A DNA stretch of 64,000 bases from Bacillota bacterium (GTDB lineage: Bacteria > Bacillota > Clostridia > Peptostreptococcales > Anaerovoracaceae). The stretch covers positions 14,133-78,132 of the forward strand of contig JBGZBP010000008.1 of the NCBI GenBank assembly GCA_041844735.1. Direction: 5' to 3'. Within the stretch, counting starts at the first letter, position 1, and each line of letters begins with the position of its first letter. This document shows positions 1 to 9,239 of this stretch, piece by piece. The position numbers were made by a program, and so were the translations under genes. The notes under the pieces are model-generated. The model searched no databases, was not told the origin of the DNA, and was given only the letters and a program-made list of their open reading frames with translations.

Positions 1-2
1 AA

Positions 3-122
3 AAGGAAGTTGAAGATAATACTTTGCAAGTCAGGTCGATAAAACAGGGAGAACTGGGCAGTATAGACATAGATGACTTTATTAAAAAGCTCCTTGATGA
101 GATAAAAGCAAAGCAAGCATAG
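3..122 (+). CDS. 3' end of an upstream CDS cut by the window edge. Product is not assignable. The tail ...EVEDNTLQVRSIKQGELGSIDIDDFIKKLLDEIKAKQA* resembles C-termini of class II aminoacyl-tRNA synthetase anticodon-binding domains.
   Basis: Own translation: frame 3 is open from the first base to TAG at 120-122. No start codon lies in the window. Confidence 0.3.
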   Translation, partial: KEVEDNTLQVRSIKQGELGSIDIDDFIKKLLDEIKAKQA

Positions 123-152
123 AAATTATTGTAAGTATTGCGGGGGACAGAA

Positions 153-806
153 ATGAGTAAATTGATAGAAAAACAAAAGATTTTCTCACTTATAGAGCCT
201 TTTGCTGAAAAAGACATACTTGAGAAGGGTCAATCAATTGACAGAGTGGATAAGATGCTTCCGTTCACATATCTTGCATCCGGCACGGTAAGGGTATTTA
301 TGGAGTCGGATGATGAAGAAAAGAGATGCTGTATAGAGGTATCGGAAGGAGAGTTTTTAGGGGAAACCACTTATTATGACTGTGATTTCAAAGAAATAGT
401 GGTAATTGCTCTCAAAGAATGTCATATAATGACCGTACCGCACGAGAATCTTTTGAATTTGAAGAAAAAAGTGCCGGAGATAGAAGCTAATATATATGAA
501 TCACTGGGCAAGAAGGTGAGACATTTGGCAGCGGCGGGAAAAAGCAAGCGTATGGGAATTGTGAAGAGACTGGCTGCGGCTTTGTTGATGCTCTCGGATG
601 GATTGGAAGCACGGTATGGTGATGAAACATGGGCGATATTGAAGTGCACGAGAGAAGACGTAGCACTTATTGCAAAAACCGGAGTCAGTACCGCAACTGC
701 CGAGTTGAAACAGATGCAGGTAAACGGTATTCTTAACAGCATGTTTAAAAGGATAGAGATTAGAAATTTAAAAGCACTATACGATATACTGGAAGATAGA
801 AAGTAA
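153..806 (+). CDS. Crp/Fnr-family transcriptional regulator (cNMP-binding-like beta-barrel plus C-terminal HTH)
   Basis: Size of about 217 aa and a barrel-then-HTH layout (..REDVALIAKTGVSTATAELKQMQVNGIL..). The ATG at 153 is preceded by GGGGGA; the track's TTG at 138 is less likely. Confidence 0.65.
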   Translation: MSKLIEKQKIFSLIEPFAEKDILEKGQSIDRVDKMLPFTYLASGTVRVFMESDDEEKRCCIEVSEGEFLGETTYYDCDFKEIVVIALKECHIMTVPHENLLNLKKKVPEIEANIYESLGKKVRHLAAAGKSKRMGIVKRLAAALLMLSDGLEARYGDETWAILKCTREDVALIAKTGVSTATAELKQMQVNGILNSMFKRIEIRNLKALYDILEDRK

Positions 807-834
807 AAAGGATAAAAAAGGGGATAGGATTGAG

Positions 835-2460
835 ATGAATAAAAAAATTACAATTATGTTTTTGGCAGTTGCCATGATATTCGCAACCTTAGTCGGCGGG
901 CTTGAGGCATTTGCAGTTTCCAACATGCAGGAAAAACCGCAGCTTATGATTGACGGAAATATTGTGAATTTCCGAGAAGGATTGGGAACACCGTTTGTGG
1001 ATGCAAACTACAGGACACAGGTACCGTTGCGAGGAGCAATGGAAGCATTCGGAGCGGAAGTTTCATGGGATCAGAATGCAGCTCAGGCAGTGATAAGCAA
1101 GGGTGGAATAACTGTTATTGTACCTCTTTGGGCATCATATATATTAAAAGACGGCATGAGAATAAACAACGATACTATGTCAGTTGCTATACAGGAGAGG
1201 ATATACCTGCCTATCAGAGCTGTTTTGGAAGCATTCGGAGCGACAGTTTCTTATGATTATGTAAAAAGGACTGTTGTGGTAAGTTCAAATGATAACGGAA
1301 AAACCTCGCAGGGTTCCGCTCAAAATATTAATATCGCAAACAAAGCAAATATCGGCAGATTGCAGCCCGGTACGAATACTGAAATGAAGGCTATGTGGAT
1401 TTCATATTTGGAATTTCAGAACATGCCGAAGTCAAAAAATGCTTTTCAGGCATCGGTAGATAAAATGTTTGATGATATAAAGAGTATGAAAATGAATTCT
1501 GTGATAGTGCAGGTAAGACCGTTTGCAGATGCAATGTATCCTTCAAAATATTTTCCATGGTCGAAATATGCCGGAGGGGTTACAGGGGTAAATCCGGGAT
1601 ATGACCCTACAGAGTATATGGTTAAAGCTGCTCATGACAGAGGTTTGGAGTTTCATGCATGGATAAATCCTTACAGGATAGGTTCAAATGTTGGCGGAAG
1701 CATCATGTCGGATCCGAGATATGCAGATTGGGAATCGAGAAGATTGATCATAAAACATAATTCGTCATACTATTTTAATCCTGCAAGTGTTGAGGCAAGA
1801 AACTTAATAATATCAGGTGTTAAGGAGATAATTGAAAGCTATCCGGTGGAAGGAATACACTTTGATGACTATTTCTACCCATCCTTGGGGGGAGGCAGTT
1901 TTGATCAGACAGAATATGAACAAAGCGGTTCAAATCTGAGCCTTGCTGCATGGAGAAGAGAAAATGTCAGTGCACTGGTGTCAGGGTGTTACAGTGTTGT
2001 TAAGGCAACAAATCCGAATGTGGTGTTTGGTATAAGCCCGGCAGGGAACATAGATAATCTGAAAAGCAGTTCGTCACACTTTGTTGACATTGACAGATGG
2101 ATGTCTCAGTCAGGGTATGTTGATTATATTATGCCGCAGCTTTACTGGGGATTTGAAGCTAAAAATTCTCGGGGAAATATTGCGGGCTGGGCATACGAAA
2201 ATAATTTGAGCCGATGGATAGGATTGAAAAATAAGGGGAATGTAAAACTTTATGTTGGTCTCAGTCTGTCTTATGCGGGGAAACCTACGAGAGACGGAAA
2301 CAGCGTTTCTGAGTGGTTGAGATACAATGACATAGTGTCCAGGCAGGTAATGCATGCCAGAGGAACAGGAAGTGTATCGGGATTCGCATTTTTCAGATAT
2401 GATATATTTAAAGATTCTTTGGCAAGCAAAGAAGTGACAAATTTGATAAGTATAATTTAA
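835..2460 (+). CDS. Secreted protein: signal peptide, copper-amine-oxidase-N-like (stalk) domain, and glycosyl-hydrolase-like 10 (GHL10/DUF187, YngK-like) domain
   Basis: N-terminal hydrophobic signal. Repeated ..VPLRGAMEAFGAEVSWD.. / ..LPIRAVLEAFGATVSYD.. motifs. Then MKAMWISYLEF...HAWINPYR typical of GHL10. Confidence 0.6.
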   Translation: MNKKITIMFLAVAMIFATLVGGLEAFAVSNMQEKPQLMIDGNIVNFREGLGTPFVDANYRTQVPLRGAMEAFGAEVSWDQNAAQAVISKGGITVIVPLWASYILKDGMRINNDTMSVAIQERIYLPIRAVLEAFGATVSYDYVKRTVVVSSNDNGKTSQGSAQNINIANKANIGRLQPGTNTEMKAMWISYLEFQNMPKSKNAFQASVDKMFDDIKSMKMNSVIVQVRPFADAMYPSKYFPWSKYAGGVTGVNPGYDPTEYMVKAAHDRGLEFHAWINPYRIGSNVGGSIMSDPRYADWESRRLIIKHNSSYYFNPASVEARNLIISGVKEIIESYPVEGIHFDDYFYPSLGGGSFDQTEYEQSGSNLSLAAWRRENVSALVSGCYSVVKATNPNVVFGISPAGNIDNLKSSSSHFVDIDRWMSQSGYVDYIMPQLYWGFEAKNSRGNIAGWAYENNLSRWIGLKNKGNVKLYVGLSLSYAGKPTRDGNSVSEWLRYNDIVSRQVMHARGTGSVSGFAFFRYDIFKDSLASKEVTNLISII

Positions 2461-2487
2461 AATATTTTTAGCAGGAGGTAATCTCAT

Positions 2488-2940
2488 ATGAAATGTCCGT
2501 ATTGTCAATATGAAGATAGCAAGGTAATTGATACAAGACCCACGGAGGAAGGGCATGCTATTAGGAGAAGAAGAGAGTGTGAGAAATGTAACAGAAGGTT
2601 TACTACTTATGAAAAAGTCGATGATGTCAAGTTTATGGTAATCAAGAAGGATGGAAGACGTGAGCTTTTTGATAGAGATAAGATTTATAACGGCATAATG
2701 CGAGCGTGCGAGAAAAGACCGGTTCCTGCCGCAGAGATGGAGAAAATAGTTAATGAGATTGAGCGTGGGCTTAACAATATGATGGAAAAAGAAATTCAAA
2801 GTACCCTCATAGGAGAGGTTATACTTGAACATTTAAAGAAATTGGATGAGGTTGCATATGTAAGATTTGCATCGGTATACAGGGAATTTAAAGATGTTAA
2901 TACTTTCATAGCGGAGATAGAAAAACTGCTTGGCAAGTAA
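2488..2940 (+). CDS. nrdR: Transcriptional repressor NrdR (zinc ribbon plus ATP-cone)
   Basis: [22 protein letters not shown]...[17 protein letters not shown] is the canonical NrdR N-terminus. Length is 150 aa. Confidence 0.95.
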   Translation: MKCPYCQYEDSKVIDTRPTEEGHAIRRRRECEKCNRRFTTYEKVDDVKFMVIKKDGRRELFDRDKIYNGIMRACEKRPVPAAEMEKIVNEIERGLNNMMEKEIQSTLIGEVILEHLKKLDEVAYVRFASVYREFKDVNTFIAEIEKLLGK

Positions 2941-2958
2941 GAGAGGGGTGAAGCGGAA

Positions 2959-3633
2959 GTGCATAATACCTATGTTGTTGCTATAGACGGTCCGTCAGGG
3001 GCGGGCAAGAGCACAATAGCGAAACTGTTAGCTAAAGAGCTTGATATTGCATATATTGATACAGGGGCGATGTATAGAGCATGTGCATTTTATATACTTG
3101 ATAAGATGGGAAACAATGCAACGGACGAAGAGATTGTCGGATGTCTCGGAGATATTGATATAAAATTTGAGAATGAGAGAATTATTCTAAACGGCGAAGA
3201 TATATCGGATAAGATTCGTACCGGTGAGGTGGCGGCTATGGCTTCAAGAGTTTCCGCCCTAGGTGAAGTAAGATCTCTCCTCGTTGATATGCAAAGAAAA
3301 ATGGCGGACAGTATTAATGTCGTTATGGATGGCAGGGACATAGGCACGAATGTTTTTCCGCAGGCTGAATATAAGATTTTTTTGACAGCATCTCTTGATG
3401 AGCGGGCAAACCGCAGGTATAAAGAGCTTATTGAAAGAGGAGAGAATGTCAGCAGAGAAAAGGTGAAGAGCGATATAGAGCAGAGGGATTATAATGATAT
3501 GAATCGTACTATCAATCCTTTGAGAAAGTCTGAAGATGCTATTGAAGTAGATAGTACAGGAAAGGATATAAAAAGCGTAGTTGATGATATCCTGAGACTC
3601 ATAAAGGAAAATCAATCATTAAAAAGGAGATAA
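2959..3633 (+). CDS. cmk: Cytidylate kinase
   Basis: P-loop IDGPSGAGKSTIAK, then AYIDTGAMYRA. GTG start with upstream GAGAGGGG. Confidence 0.9.
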   Translation: MHNTYVVAIDGPSGAGKSTIAKLLAKELDIAYIDTGAMYRACAFYILDKMGNNATDEEIVGCLGDIDIKFENERIILNGEDISDKIRTGEVAAMASRVSALGEVRSLLVDMQRKMADSINVVMDGRDIGTNVFPQAEYKIFLTASLDERANRRYKELIERGENVSREKVKSDIEQRDYNDMNRTINPLRKSEDAIEVDSTGKDIKSVVDDILRLIKENQSLKRR

Positions 3634-3636
3634 AAT

Positions 3637-4884
3637 ATGGCGACGATAAGACCGTTTAAGGGAATAAGACCTGCAAAGGAATATGCTGAAAAGGTTATTT
3701 CATTACCGTATGATGTTATGAGCAGAAAAGAGGCAAAAGAATGGTGCGATGGTAATCCGTACAGTTTTTTACACATATGCAGATCAGAAATAGATTTGCC
3801 CGACAGCGTAGGAGCCTACGAACCCGAGGTTTATGAAAAAGCTAAAAGTAACATAGCAGGATATATTGAAAACAAGGTTTTTATGGTCGAGGAAAAACCG
3901 GTAATATATATATATAACCAAGTTATGGACGGCAGATCGCAGACAGGGATAGTGGCAACTGTCTCAATAGATGAGTATTTGGATAATACTATAAAGAAAC
4001 ATGAATTGACCAGGGTGGAGAAAGAACTGGACAGGATAAACCACTTTTATGTGTGCAATGCAAATACGGAGCCTGTTTTCTTAACATATAGGGACAATCT
4101 TAAAGTAAGAAGCATAGTTGACGGGGTGGTCGGAAATAATGAGCCTGAATATGATATTACTACAGGTGACGGTATAAGACACATGCTTTGGGTGCTTCCG
4201 GATGAATATGTGGATGTGCTTGTTGAGTTGTTTAAGGATATAGATGCTTTATATATTGCTGATGGGCACCATAGGTCCGCCTCAGCTGCAAAAGTGGGAA
4301 TTAAAAAGCGAGAAGAGAATAGGAGCTATACCGGAGATGAGGAGTTCAATTATTTCATGGCAGTAATTTTTCCGGATAAAGACTTGAAAATTTTTGATTA
4401 TAATAGGGTAGTGAAAGATTTAAACGGCAATACAAAAGAAGAATTCATGGAAAAGATAAAAGATGCGGGATTCTCGGTAGAAAAAAATGGAAACACAAAC
4501 AAACAGCCTACGGGAACGCATGAATTTTCAATGTTTTTAGATGATGAATGGTATACGCTTAAAGTTAAAGATGACAGTATTACGGATGTTGATGATCCTG
4601 TGAAGCTGTTGGATGTTTATATATTACAGGAAAGAATATTGGGTCCCGTTCTCGGAATTGAAGATCCGAGAACAGATAAAAGAATAGATTTTGTGGGAGG
4701 TATTAGAGGACTGAAAGAACTGGAAAAGAGGGTTAACGAAGACATGCAGGTAGCATTTGCGGTCTATCCGGTATCAACAGATGAACTTTTGGGAGTAGCG
4801 GATCAGGGAAAAATAATGCCGCCTAAGTCCACTTGGTTTGAACCTAAACTCGGAAGCGGATTGTTCTTGCATTCCTTGGATTAA
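3637..4884 (+). CDS. DUF1015 family protein
   Basis: N-terminus MATIRPFKGIRP...LPYDVMSRKEA and internal ADGHHR are typical of DUF1015. Confidence 0.7.
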   Translation: MATIRPFKGIRPAKEYAEKVISLPYDVMSRKEAKEWCDGNPYSFLHICRSEIDLPDSVGAYEPEVYEKAKSNIAGYIENKVFMVEEKPVIYIYNQVMDGRSQTGIVATVSIDEYLDNTIKKHELTRVEKELDRINHFYVCNANTEPVFLTYRDNLKVRSIVDGVVGNNEPEYDITTGDGIRHMLWVLPDEYVDVLVELFKDIDALYIADGHHRSASAAKVGIKKREENRSYTGDEEFNYFMAVIFPDKDLKIFDYNRVVKDLNGNTKEEFMEKIKDAGFSVEKNGNTNKQPTGTHEFSMFLDDEWYTLKVKDDSITDVDDPVKLLDVYILQERILGPVLGIEDPRTDKRIDFVGGIRGLKELEKRVNEDMQVAFAVYPVSTDELLGVADQGKIMPPKSTWFEPKLGSGLFLHSLD

Positions 4885-4887
4885 CAA

Positions 4888-5436
4888 ATGAAAGACTATA
4901 TAAAACTCTTTGCGGTTTTTGCGAAGATTGCGGTAACCACATTCGGTGGCGGATATGCAATGATGCCTATATTGGTTAAAGAACTCGTGGAAAACAGAAA
5001 ATGGAGTACGGTGGATGAGATATTGGATTACTATGCCGTAAGCCAGTGTACCCCCGGGATAATTGCGATTAATGTGGCGACTTTTATAGGTCACAAAAGA
5101 AAAGGTTTACCGGGAGGTGTGGTAGCTACGCTGGGAGTTATCACACCGTCTCTTATTATTATGAGCATAGCTGCGGGAGTAATTAACAGCAATATGGAAA
5201 ATGAAAACATTGAGCATGTTTTCTCCGGAATCAGACTGGTTGCCATAGCCTTAATTTTGAATACGGTGATTTTGCTTATCAGGAGAAATATGAGGGATGT
5301 TTTTTCAGTAATTGCTTTTTTGACAGCATTAGCTATTACGGTATTCTTGGGAGCATCACCTATACAGGTGGTCATAATGGCTGCTATTATGGGAATATTA
5401 CATTCTCTTTTGGTGAAAAGGAGGATGAGTAAATGA
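4888..5436 (+). CDS. Chromate transporter (CHR) short-chain family, subunit 1
   Basis: Multi-TM protein with FGGGYAMMPIL motif. ATGA-type overlap with the next half-size paralogue. Confidence 0.8.
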   Translation: MKDYIKLFAVFAKIAVTTFGGGYAMMPILVKELVENRKWSTVDEILDYYAVSQCTPGIIAINVATFIGHKRKGLPGGVVATLGVITPSLIIMSIAAGVINSNMENENIEHVFSGIRLVAIALILNTVILLIRRNMRDVFSVIAFLTALAITVFLGASPIQVVIMAAIMGILHSLLVKRRMSK

Positions 5437-6002
5437 TATATGTGGAGATATATTGGGAATTTTTCAAGATAGGTCTTTTTGCTGTCGGAGGAGGGTTTGC
5501 AACACTGCCTTTTTTAGACAGGCTTGCCATACAAAGACCGGATTGGTATTCGCATGAACAGCTGGGAAATATGTTGGCAATAGCAAATTCAGGACCGGGA
5601 CCGGTAGGTGTTAATCTTGCTACGAATATAGGAAACACCGTGGGTTTTGTTTTTGGAGGGATAGTAGCAGTATTAGGATTGATTACGGCACCTGTGATTA
5701 TTGTTACCGTCATATCCCGTGCGATAGAAAAGACGAAAGGAAACAGCCTTATAACGGGGGCAATGTCAGGACTGCGACCGGCAGTTACCGCATTGATAGT
5801 TTTTGCTATGTGGAGTATTATTACGGTTCAGTTTCCATTTATTACAGAGGGGTGTACCGCAGAAAATGTCGTTCGCTCAAAAAATCTTTGGAGTATGCTA
5901 ATGATTTTAGGTGTGAATCTGGTAATGTTTAAAAAGAAAAATATTCCGATTGCATTATATATAGTTACAGGAGGCTTGCTGGGATATTTACTGAAGTTGT
6001 AG
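5433..6002 (+). CDS. Chromate transporter (CHR) short-chain family, subunit 2
   Basis: FAVGGGFATLPFL motif. Paired half-size CHR genes, as in the Bacillus ywrA/ywrB-type arrangement. Confidence 0.8.
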   Translation: MIYVEIYWEFFKIGLFAVGGGFATLPFLDRLAIQRPDWYSHEQLGNMLAIANSGPGPVGVNLATNIGNTVGFVFGGIVAVLGLITAPVIIVTVISRAIEKTKGNSLITGAMSGLRPAVTALIVFAMWSIITVQFPFITEGCTAENVVRSKNLWSMLMILGVNLVMFKKKNIPIALYIVTGGLLGYLLKL

Positions 6003-6116
6003 ATGTATGAAATTTTTTCAAAGATAAATACGAGTGCTTGAATTGTAAATGTTTAAATGCTAAAATTATTATTAATATACAACGGAATTTGTGTGACTTT
6101 AGGATAGGAGCCTGAA

Positions 6117-6815
6117 GTGAACAAAAGATATAAAAATGTATTTATAAAAAACTTGCCGACGGAGGAAAGACCTAGGGAAAAGTTAATTGATAGAGGGGTG
6201 GAACACCTGACAACCCAAGAGCTTGTAGCCATTATACTGGGAACCGGTACCAGAGATGTTTCAGCAAAGGGATTGGCGGAAAGAGTGATGTCTCACAGTG
6301 AGGACGGCTTGAGATATTTTCTTAACTGCATGCCCGAAGAGCTGACGGAAATACCGGGTATCGGAATGGCAAAGGCGTGCAATCTGATAGCTGCATTCGA
6401 ACTTGGTAAAAGGATGGCCCTTGAGCAAAATTCCAAGAAAGACCCGATAACAGGGCCGAAAGAAGCAGCAGGATTCGTTATGGAGCAGATGCGTTATATA
6501 GCTCACGAAGAGTTTTGGATCTTGCTTTTGAAATCTGACGGCAGACCGATTTCTACAGAGAAAGTAACATCGGGTATTTTGGATGAAACGATAATACACC
6601 CTAGAGAAATATTCAATATAGCTATAAGGAAAAATGCAGCATCCATAATACTGTTCCACAATCATCCGAGCGGAAATCCCGAACCGAGTACTGCAGATAT
6701 AAATGTAACTAAGCGGATGGTGAATGTAGGGAAATTGCTTGGAATAGAAATTAGGGATCATATAATTATAGGGGATGGAGAGTTTGTCAGTTTGCGAGAG
6801 CGGCAGGAGTTTTAA
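6117..6815 (+). CDS. radC: RadC-family JAB/MPN domain protein
   Basis: HhH region (IPGIGMAKA) and JAMM motif HNHPSGNPEPSTADINVTKR. Conserved position upstream of mreB. Confidence 0.9.
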   Translation: MNKRYKNVFIKNLPTEERPREKLIDRGVEHLTTQELVAIILGTGTRDVSAKGLAERVMSHSEDGLRYFLNCMPEELTEIPGIGMAKACNLIAAFELGKRMALEQNSKKDPITGPKEAAGFVMEQMRYIAHEEFWILLLKSDGRPISTEKVTSGILDETIIHPREIFNIAIRKNAASIILFHNHPSGNPEPSTADINVTKRMVNVGKLLGIEIRDHIIIGDGEFVSLRERQEF

Positions 6816-6843
6816 ATAAAAAATTCTAGGGAGGAAACAAAAC

Positions 6844-7881
6844 ATGCTTTTTAGTAGGAACGACGTAGGTATAGACTTAGGGACAGCAAATACGCTTATT
6901 TATGTTAAAGGAAAAGGAGTGGTTGTAAATGAACCATCCGTTATTGCAGTAGATACAAAAAACAACAAGGTGGTAAATGTGGGATATGCTGCAAAAGAAA
7001 TGATAGGAAAGGCACCGGCATATCTAAGTGTTGTAAGACCTTTACAGGACGGGGTTATTTCAGATTTTGATATGACCGCAAATATGCTTAAAGAATTTTT
7101 GAATAAAGTTGTACCGGAAAGAACATTGTTTTCTTCTCTAAGAGTAGTGGTAGGTGTACCGTCGGGCGTTACCGAAGTGGAAAAAAGAGCGGTTGAGGAT
7201 GTAGTGAGGCAGATGGGTGCAAAGGAAGTTTATGTAATGGAAGAGCCGATGGCTGCGGCGATAGGAGCGGGGCTGCCTATAGACGGTTCCGAGGGATGCA
7301 TGATTGCAGATATAGGAGGAGGAACATCGGATATTGCCGTTATAGCGCTTGGAGGAATTGTAACAAGTGTTTCTTTAAGGCATGCGGGCGATAAATTGAA
7401 CGAAGCCATAATGAACTATATGAGGAAAAATTTCAACCTGATGATAGGTGAGAAAACTGCTGAAGATATTAAAATAAATATAGGAGAAGTGTCTGTTGAC
7501 GGTATAATGCCGGGTATTGAAAGGTTTGGTGCCAGGGGAAGAGATGTTTTGACGGGTCTGCCCAAAGTAGTGGATATATCCGGGCTTGATGCCAGACGTG
7601 CTCTTGACGAACCTGTAATGGTGATAGTGGACGCTATCAAGACAACACTTGAGAATACTCCGCCTGAGGTTGCGGCTGATATTGTGAGTAACGGTCTGGT
7701 GCTTTCAGGGGGCGGTGCTCTTATTAAAAACTTTGATAAGCTGATAACACAGCACACAGGATTGAGCGTTACTGTAGCGGAGAATGCGATAGAAGCGGTA
7801 GCGGAAGGCACAGGTAAAAGCCTTAAAAACATTGAAAAATTGCGTATATACACTGAGGGATCATCGGCAGGGAGATTATAA
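6844..7881 (+). CDS. mreB: Rod-shape-determining protein MreB
   Basis: DLGTANTLIYVKGKGVVVNEPSVIA, actin-fold phosphate motifs, 345 aa. Confidence 0.95.
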   Translation: MLFSRNDVGIDLGTANTLIYVKGKGVVVNEPSVIAVDTKNNKVVNVGYAAKEMIGKAPAYLSVVRPLQDGVISDFDMTANMLKEFLNKVVPERTLFSSLRVVVGVPSGVTEVEKRAVEDVVRQMGAKEVYVMEEPMAAAIGAGLPIDGSEGCMIADIGGGTSDIAVIALGGIVTSVSLRHAGDKLNEAIMNYMRKNFNLMIGEKTAEDIKINIGEVSVDGIMPGIERFGARGRDVLTGLPKVVDISGLDARRALDEPVMVIVDAIKTTLENTPPEVAADIVSNGLVLSGGGALIKNFDKLITQHTGLSVTVAENAIEAVAEGTGKSLKNIEKLRIYTEGSSAGRL

Positions 7882-8696
7882 TGCATTGGTTTAAAAAACA
7901 CAAAAAAATATCTGTTATGCTTGCCGTTATTATAGTACTTTTAGCGGTTTTTGCGGTGTCGGCGATTAAAGGTGGAGAACTGGGGATAGGAAACAGTATT
8001 TTATCAATAACGTCAAAAGTGCACAAGCCGGTATCGAATGCGGGAGATAGCGCAGGCGAATCAATTACGGGTATTTTCAGGTTCAAAGCCATATCTAAAG
8101 AAAATCAGAAATTGAAAGAAGAAATTCAGATTCTTAAAGAAGATTTAATTAAGCAGAAGCTTAAAAAGAAAGATCTGAAAGATTTGAAGAAATTATCACA
8201 GGTGTTAAACTACAAGGAGATAACGAAGAGTTATTCTTTAGTTTCGGCAAATGTGGTGGCTATAAACGGATTCAGTTGGTTTAATATTTTTACAATAGAT
8301 AGAGGAACATCGGATAATATTAAAAAAAATGACATAGTTGTATCCGGAGAAGGGCTGGTGGGCAGGATTTTAAGTGCCGGAAAGGATACGGCGAAAGTGA
8401 TCGGTATATCGGATGAATCTAACAATGTAAGTTTTATGGTGCTTAGAAATCCGGATTACCTGGGGGTGCTTCAAGGTGACGGAAAAGGCGGGCTTTCAGG
8501 ATTTATGCTTGATGACAAGGCACAGGTAATAGAGGGTGATGAACTTGTGACGTCGGGAATGGGAGTATATCCTGCAGGAATTCCTGTCGGAAAAGTGGAA
8601 TCTGTAAAAATGGACAGGAACACACTTTTGAAGACTGTTAAAATTTCACCGGCAGCCTCGTTCAGGAGCATTACAAAAGTGGTGGTGTTAACATGA
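7881..8696 (+). CDS. mreC: Rod-shape-determining protein MreC
   Basis: N-terminal TM, coiled coil (ENQKLKEEIQILKEDL), beta-rich C-terminus. TAATG overlap with mreB. Confidence 0.85.
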   Translation: MHWFKKHKKISVMLAVIIVLLAVFAVSAIKGGELGIGNSILSITSKVHKPVSNAGDSAGESITGIFRFKAISKENQKLKEEIQILKEDLIKQKLKKKDLKDLKKLSQVLNYKEITKSYSLVSANVVAINGFSWFNIFTIDRGTSDNIKKNDIVVSGEGLVGRILSAGKDTAKVIGISDESNNVSFMVLRNPDYLGVLQGDGKGGLSGFMLDDKAQVIEGDELVTSGMGVYPAGIPVGKVESVKMDRNTLLKTVKISPAASFRSITKVVVLT

Positions 8697-9226
8697 AGTA
8701 TAAATTCGCAATTCCGGTTTATCTTATATCATTTATTATAGAAACGACCATAATGCCGCATATGAGAATATTTGACATGACTGCAAATTTGACATTGGCG
8801 GTTACTGTGGTATTCGTTTATCTTTATGACAGCATGGCGGGCATAGTCTTAGGAACCGCATTCACATTTTTGAGAGATATTATTGCAGAACCTGTTGTAG
8901 GTATAGGGGCAATATGTACTTTCGCTGTTGCGATTTTAGTATATATATTTAGAGTTTATTTTAATAAGGAAAATTTTATTGCCATGCTGCTTTTTTCAGC
9001 ATGCAGCACATTTGTATACAGCTTGATGTACTGGGTATTCGTTAGAATAGCGGGATATTCAAGTGGTATTTTGTATTTGCTCGGGAAATTGCCGTTGATG
9101 ATAATACTTAATACCGCAGTGGTGACAATTATATATTTGATACTGATCAAGAGGGTCACAAGGTATAAGAGGGATGACAAATACACAGGAGGATATTCTC
9201 CTTATAGGATAATGCTAAAAAAATAA
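8693..9226 (+). CDS. mreD: Rod-shape-determining protein MreD
   Basis: Polytopic membrane protein of 177 aa in the mreBCD position. ATGA overlap with mreC. Confidence 0.7.
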   Translation: MKYKFAIPVYLISFIIETTIMPHMRIFDMTANLTLAVTVVFVYLYDSMAGIVLGTAFTFLRDIIAEPVVGIGAICTFAVAILVYIFRVYFNKENFIAMLLFSACSTFVYSLMYWVFVRIAGYSSGILYLLGKLPLMIILNTAVVTIIYLILIKRVTRYKRDDKYTGGYSPYRIMLKK

Positions 9227-9239
9227 TAAAGGGAAAAAT

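Noticed and set aside
2110-2832. 240-aa minus-strand ORF spanning the end of the GHL10 gene and the start of nrdR
   Set aside because: It is antisense to two well-supported + strand genes. It has no SD, and its composition is low-complexity (F/I/L/S/R-rich), typical of antisense frames in AT-rich DNA.
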